Part shown: piece after piece, positions 11,896 to 22,189 of the stretch
Position numbering within the stretch: the first letter of the stretch is position 1
How the letters are laid out: every line of letters begins with the position of its first letter
Assembly: GCA_965222075.1 (NCBI GenBank)
Contig: OZ244937.1
Span: 1,376,001 to 1,440,000, forward strand
Length of the DNA: 64,000 nucleotides
From: Candidatus Latescibacterota bacterium
Lineage (GTDB): Bacteria; Latescibacterota; UBA2968; GCA-2709665
Direction: 5' to 3'
Position numbers and translations under genes: made by a program
The notes under the pieces: model-generated
What the model was told of the DNA's origin: nothing
Database searches by the model: none
Seen by the model: only the letters and a program-made list of their open reading frames with translations

Positions 11896-12791
11896 GCAGC
11901 TGGTTGGCGTTTCAGGCGCTGGAAGACACGTACCGGCTTTAATACCGCCCCATCGGCCGTCCACCGCCCAATACCCAAAAGCGATCCTTTCGGATCAAGC
12001 GCCCGAACCAGATCGCTGGATTGGATTCCTACCTCCCGGATGCCGGCAACGGGGGTTCCATGGACAAACCTCCGAATCTGATCGGAAGTCAAATGGAGAC
12101 CGGGCATGTGTCCAAGGGCCCGGTTGGGGTCGATCAGGTGTTCTTCAATCCTCCCCTCTGAACACAACACCTGCAGGTCCTCCAGGGGGGTACAGTGATC
12201 CAGCCCGATCTTGCCCACAGCCGTGCGCCTCAAGGCGGTAAGATGCCCACCGCATCCCAGTTTGCGGCCAATATCATCTGCCAGGGCCCGTATATAACAC
12301 CCTTTGGAACAGGAAACCGTCAGATCCAGCAAAGGGGGGACAAATCGTTCGATATCTATCCGGTAGATGCTCACCCGATGGGCTTTGCGGGGTACCTCCT
12401 GTCCGGCCCTGGCCAACTGATAGAGCCGCTTTCCTGCGACTTTTCGAGCCGAAAACATCGGCGGGATCTGTTCGATTTCCCCAACGAACCTCCGCACAAC
12501 CTGAAAGACCACGCCTCGATCGGCGGGAACGTGATCCGAGCGGGCGATCACCGCTCCGTCCGCGTCTAAGGTATCGGTGGAAATCCCGAGCCGGATGCGG
12601 GCCCGGTAGCATTTGTCCTGATCGGTCAAAAACGAACTGAGCCGGGTCGATTGCCCCAAACAGAGTACCAGCACGCCCGTTGCAATCGGATCCAGTGTGC
12701 CTGTGTGTCCGGCCTTGCGAACCTGGAGCGTGCAGCGCACCCGATCAACCACATCGTGAGATGTCCATCCCTGAGGTTTATCAACCGGCAA
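11892..12791 (-). CDS. truB: tRNA pseudouridine(55) synthase
   Basis: DKPQGWTSHD, GHTGTLDPIATGVL, CSKGCYIRAL. The true start may be CTG at 12803 (LNGLLPVDKP), 11 nt after GAGGGG. Confidence 0.95.
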   Translation of the reverse strand: MPVDKPQGWTSHDVVDRVRCTLQVRKAGHTGTLDPIATGVLVLCLGQSTRLSSFLTDQDKCYRARIRLGISTDTLDADGAVIARSDHVPADRGVVFQVVRRFVGEIEQIPPMFSARKVAGKRLYQLARAGQEVPRKAHRVSIYRIDIERFVPPLLDLTVSCSKGCYIRALADDIGRKLGCGGHLTALRRTAVGKIGLDHCTPLEDLQVLCSEGRIEEHLIDPNRALGHMPGLHLTSDQIRRFVHGTPVAGIREVGIQSSDLVRALDPKGSLLGIGRWTADGAVLKPVRVFQRLKRQPAA

Positions 12792-12820
12792 AAGCCCGTT
12801 CAGAGCGATGGATACCCCTC

Positions 12821-13153
12821 CTACTTCAGGCTGTCCAGGAGCCGGTTGATCCGGGCGCCCCGCTCGATGGAATCGTCGTAGGCAAACAGGAGTTCCGGGG
12901 TATGGCGCAAACGGATGCGCCTCCCAAGCTCCCTGCGCAAATAGGCACCGGCATGGGTGAGGGCTTTCAGGGTCTCTTCACGGGCGGTCGCATCCCCCAT
13001 AACACTCACATAAACCCTGGCCGTCCGCAGATCCTGGGTCATGTCAACGCCGGTAAGGGTGACAAAACCCAGGCGGGGGTCTTTGAGCCGCTTGTGAACA
13101 AGCTCGCTGAGGACTTCCTGAATCTGTCGCGCAACACTGTTCGGGCGCCACAT
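12821..13153 (-). CDS. rbfA: Ribosome-binding factor A
   Basis: KDPRLGFVT, DLRTARVYVS, LRHTPELLFAYDDS. Operon context after infB. Confidence 0.95.
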   Translation of the reverse strand: MWRPNSVARQIQEVLSELVHKRLKDPRLGFVTLTGVDMTQDLRTARVYVSVMGDATAREETLKALTHAGAYLRRELGRRIRLRHTPELLFAYDDSIERGARINRLLDSLK

Positions 13154-13434
13154 CAGATCATTTCCAAAGAATAATCCACCAACGCTACCCTGGCGTCTGT
13201 TTGAACCAGGTCAACGACCTTGGAGAGAACCTGGTTGGCATGGCGAGACTCGTTGGATACAACCGCCACACCCAGCACGGCTTTCTGCCACAGGTCGTTA
13301 TCGCTCAGTTCCGAAATCGACACGTTGAATTTATTTCGGACACGCGTGCGAATACTTTTCAGGATGCTGCGCTTGCTCTTGAGAGAACCGCTCTGGGGCA
13401 AATAAAGCACCAGGCGGCACAGTCCGATGGTCAT
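13153..13434 (-). CDS. DUF503 (YlxP-like) protein
   Basis: SLKSKRSIL...KFNVSISE...DLWQ motif; sits between infB and rbfA. Confidence 0.9.
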   Translation of the reverse strand: MTIGLCRLVLYLPQSGSLKSKRSILKSIRTRVRNKFNVSISELSDNDLWQKAVLGVAVVSNESRHANQVLSKVVDLVQTDARVALVDYSLEMI

Positions 13435-13437
13435 AGG

Positions 13438-15891
13438 CTACAAGGTCCGCGCGGTCTCCACCAGTTTATAGGCCTCGATCACGTCGCCGACTTTGATATC
13501 GTTGAAGTTCTCAACCGCAATGCCGCATTCAAATTCGGCCTGGACTTCCCGCACGTCGTCTTTAAAGCGCCTGAGGGAGTCGATCTGCCCTTCGTTGATC
13601 ACCACATTGTCCCGAAGCACCCTGATCAGGGAATTCCGGTTGATCATACCCTCTGCAATATAGCACCCGGCAATGGTCCCCACGCTTGAAACCTGGAAGG
13701 TTTCCCGGACCTCGGCCGTGCCGACAATCTGTTCTTCTACAGCGGGTTTCAGCAGGCCGGACAGGGCCGCTTTCACATCCTCAACCACTTCGTAGATCAC
13801 CCGATAGAGACGAATATCCACCTGCTCCTGCGCAGCGACCTCCCGTGCCCGGGCATCGGGCCTGATGTTAAACCCGATAATAATGGCATCAGACGCCGAG
13901 GCCAAGAGCACGTCCGACTCCGAGATGGCGCCGACCCCCCGGTGAATCACGTTCAAGCGGACCTCTTCGCTGGATATCTGAGAGAGGGAATCATCAAGGG
14001 CCTCGACCGATCCGCTCACATCGCCTTTGAGGATCAGGCGCAATTCCTGGATCTTACCCGCCCGGATCTGATCGTGGATATCGACCAGGCTGACCCGCTT
14101 GCCTCTGTGGACCTCCCGCGCCCGTCGAAGCTGTTGCCGTTTTTGACTGACCTCCCGCGCCTGGCGCTCGTTTTCCACCACGTGAAACGAATCCCCCGCC
14201 TGGGGTAGCCCAGCCAGCCCCAGAACCTGAATAGGCTCTGAAGGACCGGCCGCTTCAACGGGGCGACTCCGCTCATCCAGCATAGCCCGCACCCGGCCGT
14301 TGTAGAGGCCCGTGACAAACGGATCGCCAACATGGAGGGTGCCGCTTTGGACCAGAACGGTCGCCACATTGCCCCGCCCCCGGTCCAGCCGGGCCTCCAC
14401 AATGGTGCCTTTGACGCGCTTGTCCGGGTTGGCTTTCAATTCCAGGATGTCAGTCTCCAACGCCAGCAATTCCAGCAGGTTGCCCACATTCTGCCCGGTT
14501 TTGGCGGAGATTTCACAGCACTGGACCTTGCCCCCGTAGTCCTCGACCAGTACATTGTGCTCGGTCAGCTGCCGCTTGATCTTGTCTACATCCACATTTG
14601 GCAGGTCTATCTTATTGATCGCCAGCGCAATGGGCACACCGGCGGCCCGGGCATGGTCGATGGCCTCAACGGTCTGAGGCATCACATTGTCGTCTGCGGC
14701 CACCACCAGCACCACAACATCGGTCACCTGCGCCCCCCGGGCGCGCATGGCAGTGAAGGCCTCGTGTCCGGGGGTGTCTAAGAACGTCACTGTTCGCCCA
14801 CCCTTCACCTGGACGTGGTAGGCGCCGATATGCTGGGTGATCCCCCCCGCTTCACCGGCAACCACGTTCGTGTCCCGGATGTAGTCCAGCAACGAGGTTT
14901 TGCCATGATCGACATGGCCCATGATGGTTACCACCGGAGGCCTGGGCAGCAGGTCACCTTCGGCGTCTTCGTCTGTCTCCTCCAGGACCTCTTCGATATA
15001 CTCATCGAGCTCTTCCACGTCAAACCCGAACTCGTAAGCAACCAGCGTGATCGTGTCCAGGTCGAGCCGCTGGTTGATGGTCGCCATCATCCCCATTTGG
15101 AGGCATTGTTTGATGACCTCAGTGGGGGGCACATCCATCAGACCGGCGAGTTCGCCAACCGTGGTAAACTCGCTCACCTTCAGGACACGATCTTCTGTCT
15201 CTTCCTCCGGGGTCCCATCTTCCCGACTGCGCCGTCTCCGGGGGCGAGAGGCCCCCGCCTCCATCTGGGCCATGGTCCGCCGGACGCTTTCCTCCACCTC
15301 CTTCTGATCCACAACCGGTCGACCGCGCCGCCGTTTTCGCTTCCGCCCGGCGCCTCGACCTGCCGAAACGACGGACGTTGGAGTCGGTTTACCGCCTACC
15401 GGTGGGGACAAAGGCGTCCTCTTGCTGCTGTCTTCAACCACAGGGAGGACTTCCTGCCGTCCGGAAGTCCGTTTCCGACGCCGACGTTTTGGCCTGGCCT
15501 CCTGTTCTCCTTTTGTAGATCCCTCTTCCTTCCTGGTTTGAGCGCGGGGCTTTTGAGTCTGTTTCTGTTTGGCCTGTTTGGCCTGTTTGGCCTGTTTGGC
15601 CTCTGCGACCGCTTCTGATTTCTCCCGCTCTTCCCGTTCCTTTTTTTGCGTGGCCTTGCGCTTCATCTCCTGCCGGGAGGCCTGTCGCTCTTCTTCGAAC
15701 TTTTGCTGAACGCTTTCAAACATCTCCGACGTGCAAATGGCCATATGGTTCTTAATATCGTACCCCAACCCCCTGACCACCTCAACCATTGCAACGCTGG
15801 AGAGATTGAATTCCCGAGCAATTTCGTAAATCCGTTTTTTCTTGGCATCGTCCACGTTTACTTTAGCCGATGGTTGGGCGAATTTCCTCAT
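13438..15891 (-). CDS. infB: Translation initiation factor IF-2
   Basis: [39 protein letters not shown]. Start uncertain (ATG 15891 or GTG 15855). Confidence 0.96.
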   Translation of the reverse strand: MRKFAQPSAKVNVDDAKKKRIYEIAREFNLSSVAMVEVVRGLGYDIKNHMAICTSEMFESVQQKFEEERQASRQEMKRKATQKKEREEREKSEAVAEAKQAKQAKQAKQKQTQKPRAQTRKEEGSTKGEQEARPKRRRRKRTSGRQEVLPVVEDSSKRTPLSPPVGGKPTPTSVVSAGRGAGRKRKRRRGRPVVDQKEVEESVRRTMAQMEAGASRPRRRRSREDGTPEEETEDRVLKVSEFTTVGELAGLMDVPPTEVIKQCLQMGMMATINQRLDLDTITLVAYEFGFDVEELDEYIEEVLEETDEDAEGDLLPRPPVVTIMGHVDHGKTSLLDYIRDTNVVAGEAGGITQHIGAYHVQVKGGRTVTFLDTPGHEAFTAMRARGAQVTDVVVLVVAADDNVMPQTVEAIDHARAAGVPIALAINKIDLPNVDVDKIKRQLTEHNVLVEDYGGKVQCCEISAKTGQNVGNLLELLALETDILELKANPDKRVKGTIVEARLDRGRGNVATVLVQSGTLHVGDPFVTGLYNGRVRAMLDERSRPVEAAGPSEPIQVLGLAGLPQAGDSFHVVENERQAREVSQKRQQLRRAREVHRGKRVSLVDIHDQIRAGKIQELRLILKGDVSGSVEALDDSLSQISSEEVRLNVIHRGVGAISESDVLLASASDAIIIGFNIRPDARAREVAAQEQVDIRLYRVIYEVVEDVKAALSGLLKPAVEEQIVGTAEVRETFQVSSVGTIAGCYIAEGMINRNSLIRVLRDNVVINEGQIDSLRRFKDDVREVQAEFECGIAVENFNDIKVGDVIEAYKLVETARTL

Positions 15892-15907
15892 CCTGGTCGC
15901 CAATATG

Positions 15908-17278
15908 CTATTCACCTCCTTCTGATTCGGGCGCGGCTTCGGAAGGCTCACCGGCTGCGCTCTCTTCGGCCCTTGCAGCCTCCGCCGCCTCCTTCTCCTT
16001 TCTCTGCTCTTCTCGATAGGCCTTGACCTTTAAGGAGACGATCTCTCGGGCCACAGACTGAATTTTCTCGGCAGTGGCTTCACCGATACCGGGAACTTCA
16101 AGAAGCCTGGACAGCGAGGCCTCCGCGACATCGTTGGCCGAAGCGACCCCCGCTGTCTTCAGGCGCTCCCGCATGACCTTTCCAACGCCGGAGACCTCGC
16201 TTAAAGGCACAAAGGTCGCGGCCTTTTCTTCCTGGATCTCCTGGAATTTCGTCTCCGTAATAATGTCAATCTTCCACCCTGTCAACTGGGACGCCAACCG
16301 GGCATTCTGACCCGATTTCCCAATGGCCAACGAGAGCTGGTCGTCTTCCACGATGGCCGTCATCCACTTCTCCCTGCGGTCGACCACCACCCGCTTGACC
16401 ACAGCCGGGCCGAGGGCCCGAGAAAGGAAGATGGCCTCGTCTTCGCTCCAGGCGACAATGTCGATACGCTCGTTGCTCAACTCCCGGACAACCGCCTGCA
16501 CCCGGGATCCCTTCATCCCCACACACGCCCCCACCGGGTCGATCCGGTCATCGTTGGAGTAAACGGCGATCTTGGCCCGCGCTCCTGGTTCCCGCGCCAC
16601 GGCCTTGACCTCGATAATGCCTTCGTAGATTTCGGGGACCTCGAACTGAAAGAGCTTCACCAGGAAGGTGGGATGGGTCCTGGAGAGCACCACCTGGGGC
16701 CCCTTCGAGGTGCGCAGCACATCGATCAGATAGGCCCGAAGGGGGTCCCCCTGGCGGTACCGCTCTTTTCGAATCTGTTCCTTGAGCGGGACCACCGCCT
16801 CGGTCCGCCCCAGGTTAATCAGGATATCCCCGTGGCTGATCTGCTGTACCGTCCCACTGACAATCTCGCCGATCCGCCCCCGATAGTCTTCATAAATCCG
16901 CTCCCGTTCCGCCTCTCGCACCCGCTGGATCAGGATCTGCTTGGCCGATTGAATCGCATTGCGCCCAAAGTCGGCAAAATGCAGCTCCTCTTTAATCTGC
17001 TGGCCGACCCTGGCTTTGGGGACGATCTCGTGGGCAGCCGACAGGCCAATCTGCAAACCCGGTTCTTCGACCGCGTCATCTTCTACAACCTCTTTGTTCG
17101 CAAAGATCTGAATGTTCCCCGAAACGCTATCGATCTGGACCTCTACGTTATCGGACATGCCAAACCGCTTTTTGGCGGCAGAGAGAAGGCCGATTTCCAG
17201 GGTCTCGATGACCAGTTCCCGGTTGACGTTCTTCTCCTGGGCAATCTGCCCCAACGCTTCCAGAATTTCGTAGTTCAA
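15908..17278 (-). CDS. nusA: Transcription termination/antitermination factor NusA
   Basis: FGRNAIQSAKQ, AREPGARAKIAV, DPVGACVGMKGSRV, AIGKSGQNARLAS, C-terminal HhH domain. Confidence 0.96.
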   Translation of the reverse strand: MNYEILEALGQIAQEKNVNRELVIETLEIGLLSAAKKRFGMSDNVEVQIDSVSGNIQIFANKEVVEDDAVEEPGLQIGLSAAHEIVPKARVGQQIKEELHFADFGRNAIQSAKQILIQRVREAERERIYEDYRGRIGEIVSGTVQQISHGDILINLGRTEAVVPLKEQIRKERYRQGDPLRAYLIDVLRTSKGPQVVLSRTHPTFLVKLFQFEVPEIYEGIIEVKAVAREPGARAKIAVYSNDDRIDPVGACVGMKGSRVQAVVRELSNERIDIVAWSEDEAIFLSRALGPAVVKRVVVDRREKWMTAIVEDDQLSLAIGKSGQNARLASQLTGWKIDIITETKFQEIQEEKAATFVPLSEVSGVGKVMRERLKTAGVASANDVAEASLSRLLEVPGIGEATAEKIQSVAREIVSLKVKAYREEQRKEKEAAEAARAEESAAGEPSEAAPESEGGE

Positions 17279-17290
17279 AACACCCTCTCC

Positions 17291-17740
17291 TCAAAAGTCG
17301 AAGTGGAGATTGGCCTTTCTGACCTCGGCACGGGAGATACGGCCTACCTCACCGTTGATTGTGAGGGCCAACTCTGCGCCATTACAGGACACCAGGGTAC
17401 CCGTAAGCACCCCCCGCCCTTCAACAACCAGCCGAACATCCTGCCCCACCGCCCGCTGATAATCCCGCTCCGATTTTAACGCCCGGTTCAAGCCAGGTGA
17501 AGAGACTTCCAGTGTGTAGCTCCCATCAATGGGATCGTGCGTATCCAAAAGATCCTCCAGGCCCCGACTCAGGGCCGCACACTCACCAATGGTGATCCCC
17601 TCCGGACGGTCGGCATAGATGCGGAGCATCCTGCGGCGCGGATTTCCGGACAACAAAAGCTCAACAAATTCCACACCGCGCTCCTCCAGGAACCCCCCCA
17701 CCAGCCGTTCGATAGACTTATGCAGCGCCAGGTTATCCAT
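17291..17740 (-). CDS. rimP: Ribosome maturation factor RimP
   Basis: YTLEVSSPGLNR motif; first gene of the rimP-nusA-infB operon. Confidence 0.95.
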   Translation of the reverse strand: MDNLALHKSIERLVGGFLEERGVEFVELLLSGNPRRRMLRIYADRPEGITIGECAALSRGLEDLLDTHDPIDGSYTLEVSSPGLNRALKSERDYQRAVGQDVRLVVEGRGVLTGTLVSCNGAELALTINGEVGRISRAEVRKANLHFDF

Positions 17741-17778
17741 AAACCGGACTCGGTCTTTTCAAAGTGACCTATATACTC

Positions 17779-17803
17779 AAAAGAGTGGGCACCGGCCCAC
17801 TCT
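17779..17803 (-). promoter_or_regulatory. rimP-leader hairpin (terminator/attenuator-like)
   Basis: AGAGTGGGC-N4-GCCCACTCT followed by Ts on the minus strand, upstream of rimP. Matches the conserved GGG/CCC rimP leader. Confidence 0.7.
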
Positions 17804-17818
17804 CGCCTCAGAATCGTA

Positions 17819-17847
17819 AATATATAATATTCTATGAAATAGCGCAA
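17819..17847 (-). promoter_or_regulatory. Putative sigma70 promoter of the rimP operon
   Basis: TTGCGC-N17-TATATT just upstream of the leader hairpin. Confidence 0.55.
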
Positions 17848-17886
17848 GGGAGAAATGGGTTTTTCCAGGACGTTTTTGCATGCCGA

Positions 17887-18249
17887 TCAGGTCTGTCCGT
17901 CAACCAAATTTTTCAACTCAAGGAGCATCTCGCGAAGGTCGGACAAGAGGGCTCCCGAATCCTGTGGCTCCGGCCTTTCCTCCGCTTCGGGTTCCAGCGC
18001 CTGCTGCTGCCAGAGAGAAGGGTGCGCTTTGAGCCGTTCCACAGCCCCTTTAATGGTGTATTTCTTATTGTGCCGCAGCTCCTTAATGGCCAGGACAATC
18101 CGGATATCCCGTTCTTTGTAAAATCGGTTTCCGGACCTGCCCCGTTTGGGCCGCAGCATTGGAAATTCTTTTTCCCAAAAACGGAGCACATGGGGTTCAG
18201 CCCCGGTCTGCCTGGAGACCTCACGAATCGAATAGTAGATTTTTTTCAT
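17887..18249 (-). CDS. MerR-family transcriptional regulator
   Basis: YYSIREVS...HVLRFWEKEF..LRP.R...GNRFY wHTH signature. Confidence 0.9.
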   Translation of the reverse strand: MKKIYYSIREVSRQTGAEPHVLRFWEKEFPMLRPKRGRSGNRFYKERDIRIVLAIKELRHNKKYTIKGAVERLKAHPSLWQQQALEPEAEERPEPQDSGALLSDLREMLLELKNLVDGQT

Positions 18250-18280
18250 TTATGGTTGTTCTTGATTTTATGATAGTTAT

Positions 18281-19600
18281 CTACTTTTTTCTGAAGACGA
18301 TGCGAACGGGCGTGCCATGAAAGTCGAAGCGTTCCCGGAGCCGCCGCTCCAGAAAGCGCCGGTAGTGTTCGGGGATGTCCCGGGGCCTGGACGTAAAAAA
18401 GAGCACCGTGGGCGGTTCCGTGCGGGGCTGAACGCAGTAGTAGATCCGCGAGGTGCGCCCCTTTCGAGACGGGGGCGGCGATTCGGCGTTTAACTCCTCC
18501 AGGAAACGGTTGAGTTCCCCCGTGCCGATCCTGTACCGGCGGCGGTCGTAGACCTCAAACGCCATATCCATCGTCCGCCAGGTCCGCTGCCCCGTGAGGG
18601 CGGAGGTAAAGACCATTGGATAATCGTGCAGGGAGGGAAACCGCCGGATGAGGTCCCGGGTGCGGATTGCCGCGGTTTTGTCGTCTTTTTCAATCAGGTC
18701 CCATTTGTTCACGACCAGAACGGCCCCCTTTCCCAACGCCACCGCCTGCCCCAGAATCCTGACATCCTGCAGCGTACAGCCCTCTTCCGCATCCACCAGC
18801 ACAATCGCCACATCACACCGTCCCAGGCTCGCAGATGTGCGCACCGTGCTGTAATACTCCACCCGTTCCCTAACCCGGGCACGCCGCCGCAGGCCGGCCG
18901 TATCGATCAGCAGATAATCCCGCCCGTTTCGCCGCATGGGCAAATCGATCGCGTCCCGGGTCGTACCCGGAATCGGGCTGACCACCACCCGGTCTTCCCC
19001 CAGCAGCCGGTTGACAAAGGTCGATTTGCCCACATTGGGCCGGCCCACCACCGCGATCCGGGGGATGCCCGCCTCCTCCTCTACCTCCTCTTCGCCTTCG
19101 GGCAGCCGGGCGATCACCTCGTCTAAAAGATCGCCGGACAGACGCCCGCTGAGGGCCGATACACCGATGGGGTCGCTCAATCCAAGGCGGTAAAACGGGG
19201 CTGCATCCGGCTCATCCCGCTCGGAGTCGATCTTGTTCACAACCAGCAGGTAGGGCGTCCCGCAGGTGTGGATCAGCCGGGCCATCTCCCCGTCGTAGTC
19301 GGTAGGGCCTGTTTTTGCATCCACCACCACCAGGATCAAATCGGCCTCGGAGACTGCGATCTCCACCTGGTGCGTGACGTCTTCGGCGAGCGGTTCGTCC
19401 GGATGCGGGATGTATCCCCCCGTATCGATCAGGGTAAAGACGCGCCGATTCCAGGCCACCTCGGCGTAGTTGCGGTCCCTGGTGACCCCCGGCAGGTCGT
19501 CCACAACGGCCCGGCGTTCGCCCAAAAAGCGGTTAAACAGGGTCGATTTACCCACATTGGGCCGCCCCACAATGGCAACGACCGCTTTGCGCTGTCCCAA
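18281..19600 (-). CDS. der: Ribosome biogenesis GTPase Der (EngA)
   Basis: Two GRPNVGKST P-loops, DTGG/DTAG, NKID/NKWD, C-terminal KH-like domain. Confidence 0.96.
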   Translation of the reverse strand: MGQRKAVVAIVGRPNVGKSTLFNRFLGERRAVVDDLPGVTRDRNYAEVAWNRRVFTLIDTGGYIPHPDEPLAEDVTHQVEIAVSEADLILVVVDAKTGPTDYDGEMARLIHTCGTPYLLVVNKIDSERDEPDAAPFYRLGLSDPIGVSALSGRLSGDLLDEVIARLPEGEEEVEEEAGIPRIAVVGRPNVGKSTFVNRLLGEDRVVVSPIPGTTRDAIDLPMRRNGRDYLLIDTAGLRRRARVRERVEYYSTVRTSASLGRCDVAIVLVDAEEGCTLQDVRILGQAVALGKGAVLVVNKWDLIEKDDKTAAIRTRDLIRRFPSLHDYPMVFTSALTGQRTWRTMDMAFEVYDRRRYRIGTGELNRFLEELNAESPPPSRKGRTSRIYYCVQPRTEPPTVLFFTSRPRDIPEHYRRFLERRLRERFDFHGTPVRIVFRKK

Positions 19601-19619
19601 AAGCGTTCACCTCCCCTTA

Positions 19620-21041
19620 TCACACCACCTGATGCGACGAAATATAGGGATGTGTGACCTCTCCGGTCTCTCTGCCCATCTCCCGTCCGCCCCGTCCCTT
19701 CACCACGTCTTTGAGGGTCTCCACCAGGTCGTAGCTCCCCACAAGGACTTCACACCCCAGGTTTTCCGACAGATCCGAAGGGGTCAGGTCATCCAGAAAA
19801 ACCCCGGTATGGCTGATGCAGTTGGGAGGCAGAACGACCACGTCCGCAGGCGCGCATCGCGCCTTTAAAGCATCGCGCATATCGCCTCCGGTCAGGAGGC
19901 CGGAAACGGTAATTCCACCTCCGAGAAACCGGTTGTGCACCTCAATCAGGTGGACGTTCAGCCAGGGCAGACGGTTGAGGCGGTCCACCATGCGCCGCAT
20001 AAACCCCGCGCCCAACACGCTGGTGACCAGGGTTGCCCTGAGCGGGTCCGGGCACGTCGATTCAAGGTCGGAAACCCCTTCCTCAAAGGCGTCGATAAAC
20101 CGCCGCACCATTCCCACGCCGTTCTCCACTAAGGGAAATCCATCGTAGTGCGCCCGATCCGGTAGCTCGCGGCCTGCCAGAATGTAAAACTCATCCCCCA
20201 GGTAGACAAAGTTGATCCCCAGCCTCCTGTTGAGCCGCTCCTGCCACCCGGTGACCTGATCGACGCAATCCACTGCGACTTCAGGGGTTACCGGATCCAG
20301 TTCAGGCAGGTTCTTGCGATACCGGGTCAGCCCCAGCGGGACGATTCCCACCGATGCCACATCGGGATAACAGGCCGCCAGGTCAAACACCGTGCGCTTC
20401 AGATGGGGGCCGTCGTTGATCCCCGGACAGAGCACCACCTGCGTGTGCATCCGGATATTGTGCCGTGCCAGAAATTGGATCCGCTCCATCACATCAACCG
20501 GCTCCGAGCGGCCCAGCAACTGCCCCCGCAGGTCCGGGTGCGTGGCGTGGACCGAGATGTACATCGGGCTGAGCCGCTGATCCACGACGCGCCGGAATTC
20601 CTCTTCGGAGAGGTTGGTCAGGGTCACGTAGGCCCCGTGCAGAAACGAGAGCCGGTAGTCGTCGTCCTGGTAATACAGGGTCTTCCGCATCCCCCTGGGC
20701 ATCTGGTGCAAAAAGCAGAACACGCACTTGTTGTTGCACTTGAGGATCGGCATGTCGTCCAGCACAATGCCCAGATCCTCGTCAGCGTCCTTTTCAATGT
20801 CAAAGATGGCGGTCTCTTCTCCCCTGCGCAGGTGGACCTCAACCGCCTCGTCGCCGATGTGAAACCGGTAGTCGATGGGATCGCGGATAGGCTCCCCGTT
20901 GACCGCCTCGATCACATCCCCAACCTGCATACCCACCGCCTCTCCGATGCCACCGGGGACGACCTCCTTGACCCTCACCCTCCCCTCCGCTTTCTCGACC
21001 ATGCGGAGACCTTCTAACGCAATCCGTTTTTGGCCCTTCAT
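19620..21041 (-). CDS. PDZ + radical-SAM-like DUF512 family protein
   Basis: N-terminal PDZ, CNNKCVFC (CX3CX2C), DDDYRLSFLHG, ENGVG, TVSGLLTG. Family commonly adjacent to der. Confidence 0.88.
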   Translation of the reverse strand: MKGQKRIALEGLRMVEKAEGRVRVKEVVPGGIGEAVGMQVGDVIEAVNGEPIRDPIDYRFHIGDEAVEVHLRRGEETAIFDIEKDADEDLGIVLDDMPILKCNNKCVFCFLHQMPRGMRKTLYYQDDDYRLSFLHGAYVTLTNLSEEEFRRVVDQRLSPMYISVHATHPDLRGQLLGRSEPVDVMERIQFLARHNIRMHTQVVLCPGINDGPHLKRTVFDLAACYPDVASVGIVPLGLTRYRKNLPELDPVTPEVAVDCVDQVTGWQERLNRRLGINFVYLGDEFYILAGRELPDRAHYDGFPLVENGVGMVRRFIDAFEEGVSDLESTCPDPLRATLVTSVLGAGFMRRMVDRLNRLPWLNVHLIEVHNRFLGGGITVSGLLTGGDMRDALKARCAPADVVVLPPNCISHTGVFLDDLTPSDLSENLGCEVLVGSYDLVETLKDVVKGRGGREMGRETGEVTHPYISSHQVV

Positions 21042-21113
21042 AGAACGCCTATATTTGATTGTTACACAAGGTAGTGGACAAATAACTTATACAATTACTT
21101 TGAAAGATAAACC

Positions 21114-21153
21114 AAACAAAAAGCGCGGTCAAGGAAAATGTGGTTGACCGCGC
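21114..21153 (-). terminator. Intrinsic terminator downstream of tRNA-Gly
   Basis: 10-bp inverted repeat GCGCGGTCAA/TTGACCGCGC followed by a T-rich tract on the minus strand. Confidence 0.7.
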
Positions 21154-21167
21154 AGCATTCAAAATTA

Positions 21168-21242
21168 TGGAGCGGGAGACGGGGATCGAACCCGCGACAT
21201 CAAGCTTGGGAAGCTTGCGTTCTACCACTGAACTACTCCCGC
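21168..21242 (-). tRNA. tRNA-Gly (anticodon CCC)
   Basis: GCGGGAG acceptor stem, CAAGC-TTCCCAA-GCTTG anticodon arm, GGTTCGATCC T-arm, encoded CCA. Confidence 0.97.
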
Positions 21243-21261
21243 TTCCATCCAGGAACACTCA

Positions 21262-21290
21262 AATCTACAAACGCTTACCGGGTCTGTCAA
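21262..21290 (-). promoter_or_regulatory. Sigma70 promoter for tRNA-Gly inside the miaA 3' end
   Basis: TTGACA-N17-TAGATT, with the -10 box overlapping the miaA stop. Confidence 0.7.
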
Positions 21291-22182
21291 GTCTTTTGAG
21301 GATGGCCGTTGCTGCGTCTTCTGATGTGGGGTCAATCCAGGTCAGCCGGGACTCTCGGCGAAACCAGGTCAACTGCCGCCTGGCATACTGCCGGGTTCCC
21401 ACCTTAATTTGATCCACAGCCGTCTCCAGGTCCAGATCGCCATCCAAAACAGCGAAGATTTCCCGGTATCCAAACGTATTCAGCGCATTAAGCCCGGGGC
21501 CGTAGCCCCGTTTGCGAAGGGATTCGACCTCATCGACCAATCCCGCCTCAAGCATCCGGTCCACACGGGCTTCGATCCGGCCGTAGAGGCGCGCCCGGTC
21601 CATGTCCAGCCCGAACCAGCGGGCCTCCCACCGGCCTTCCCGGGGGCGCTTCTGGAGGTCCGACAGCCGCTCCCCCGTGGCCTCAAATACCTCCAGAGCG
21701 CGGACAACACGCTGGGAATCGTGCGGATGCAACCTCTGCGCGATCTTCGGATCGACTTTCGAAAGGCGCTGGTAGAGCACCGGCAAATCATCCCGGGCTT
21801 CCTTCAGCAGACGACTCCGGACCTCTGAGGGGATCTCCGGTATCGGGGAGAACCCATCCAGCAGCGCCTCCAGGTAAAATCCGGATCCACCGACTAAGAT
21901 GGGCAACCGTCCTCGCCGCTGCACATCCCGGATCGCCGCGGCGGCCTCCCGGGCGTAGCGCCCTGCGCTATAAGGCTCATCGGGACCGACCACGTCGATC
22001 ATGTGGTGGCGTGCGCCCACCTGTTCCTCCGGTGTAGCTTTCGCCGTTCCGATGTCCATATAGCGGTAGACCTGCCGGGCGTCGACCGAAACAATCTCTC
22101 CATCCAGGGCCTGTGTGAGGGCCACCCCGGTCCGGGTCTTGCCCGAGGCCGTAGGCCCGGCCAGGACCAGAAGCGCCGGCAC
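21265..22182 (-). CDS. miaA: tRNA dimethylallyltransferase
   Basis: GPTASGKT, DARQVYRYMDIGTAK, VGGSGFY, TRQYARRQLTWF. GTG start just after mutL. Confidence 0.95.
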   Translation of the reverse strand: MPALLVLAGPTASGKTRTGVALTQALDGEIVSVDARQVYRYMDIGTAKATPEEQVGARHHMIDVVGPDEPYSAGRYAREAAAAIRDVQRRGRLPILVGGSGFYLEALLDGFSPIPEIPSEVRSRLLKEARDDLPVLYQRLSKVDPKIAQRLHPHDSQRVVRALEVFEATGERLSDLQKRPREGRWEARWFGLDMDRARLYGRIEARVDRMLEAGLVDEVESLRKRGYGPGLNALNTFGYREIFAVLDGDLDLETAVDQIKVGTRQYARRQLTWFRRESRLTWIDPTSEDAATAILKRLDRPGKRL

Positions 22183-22189
22183 ATCCGTT

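Noticed and set aside
15566-15602. 9-bp tandem repeat in infB (AKQ x4)
   Set aside because: In-frame low-complexity linker typical of IF-2 N-termini.
21168-21242. tRNA-Gly as an integration site
   Set aside because: Flanked by housekeeping genes; I saw no integrase or duplicated tRNA 3' end in the window.
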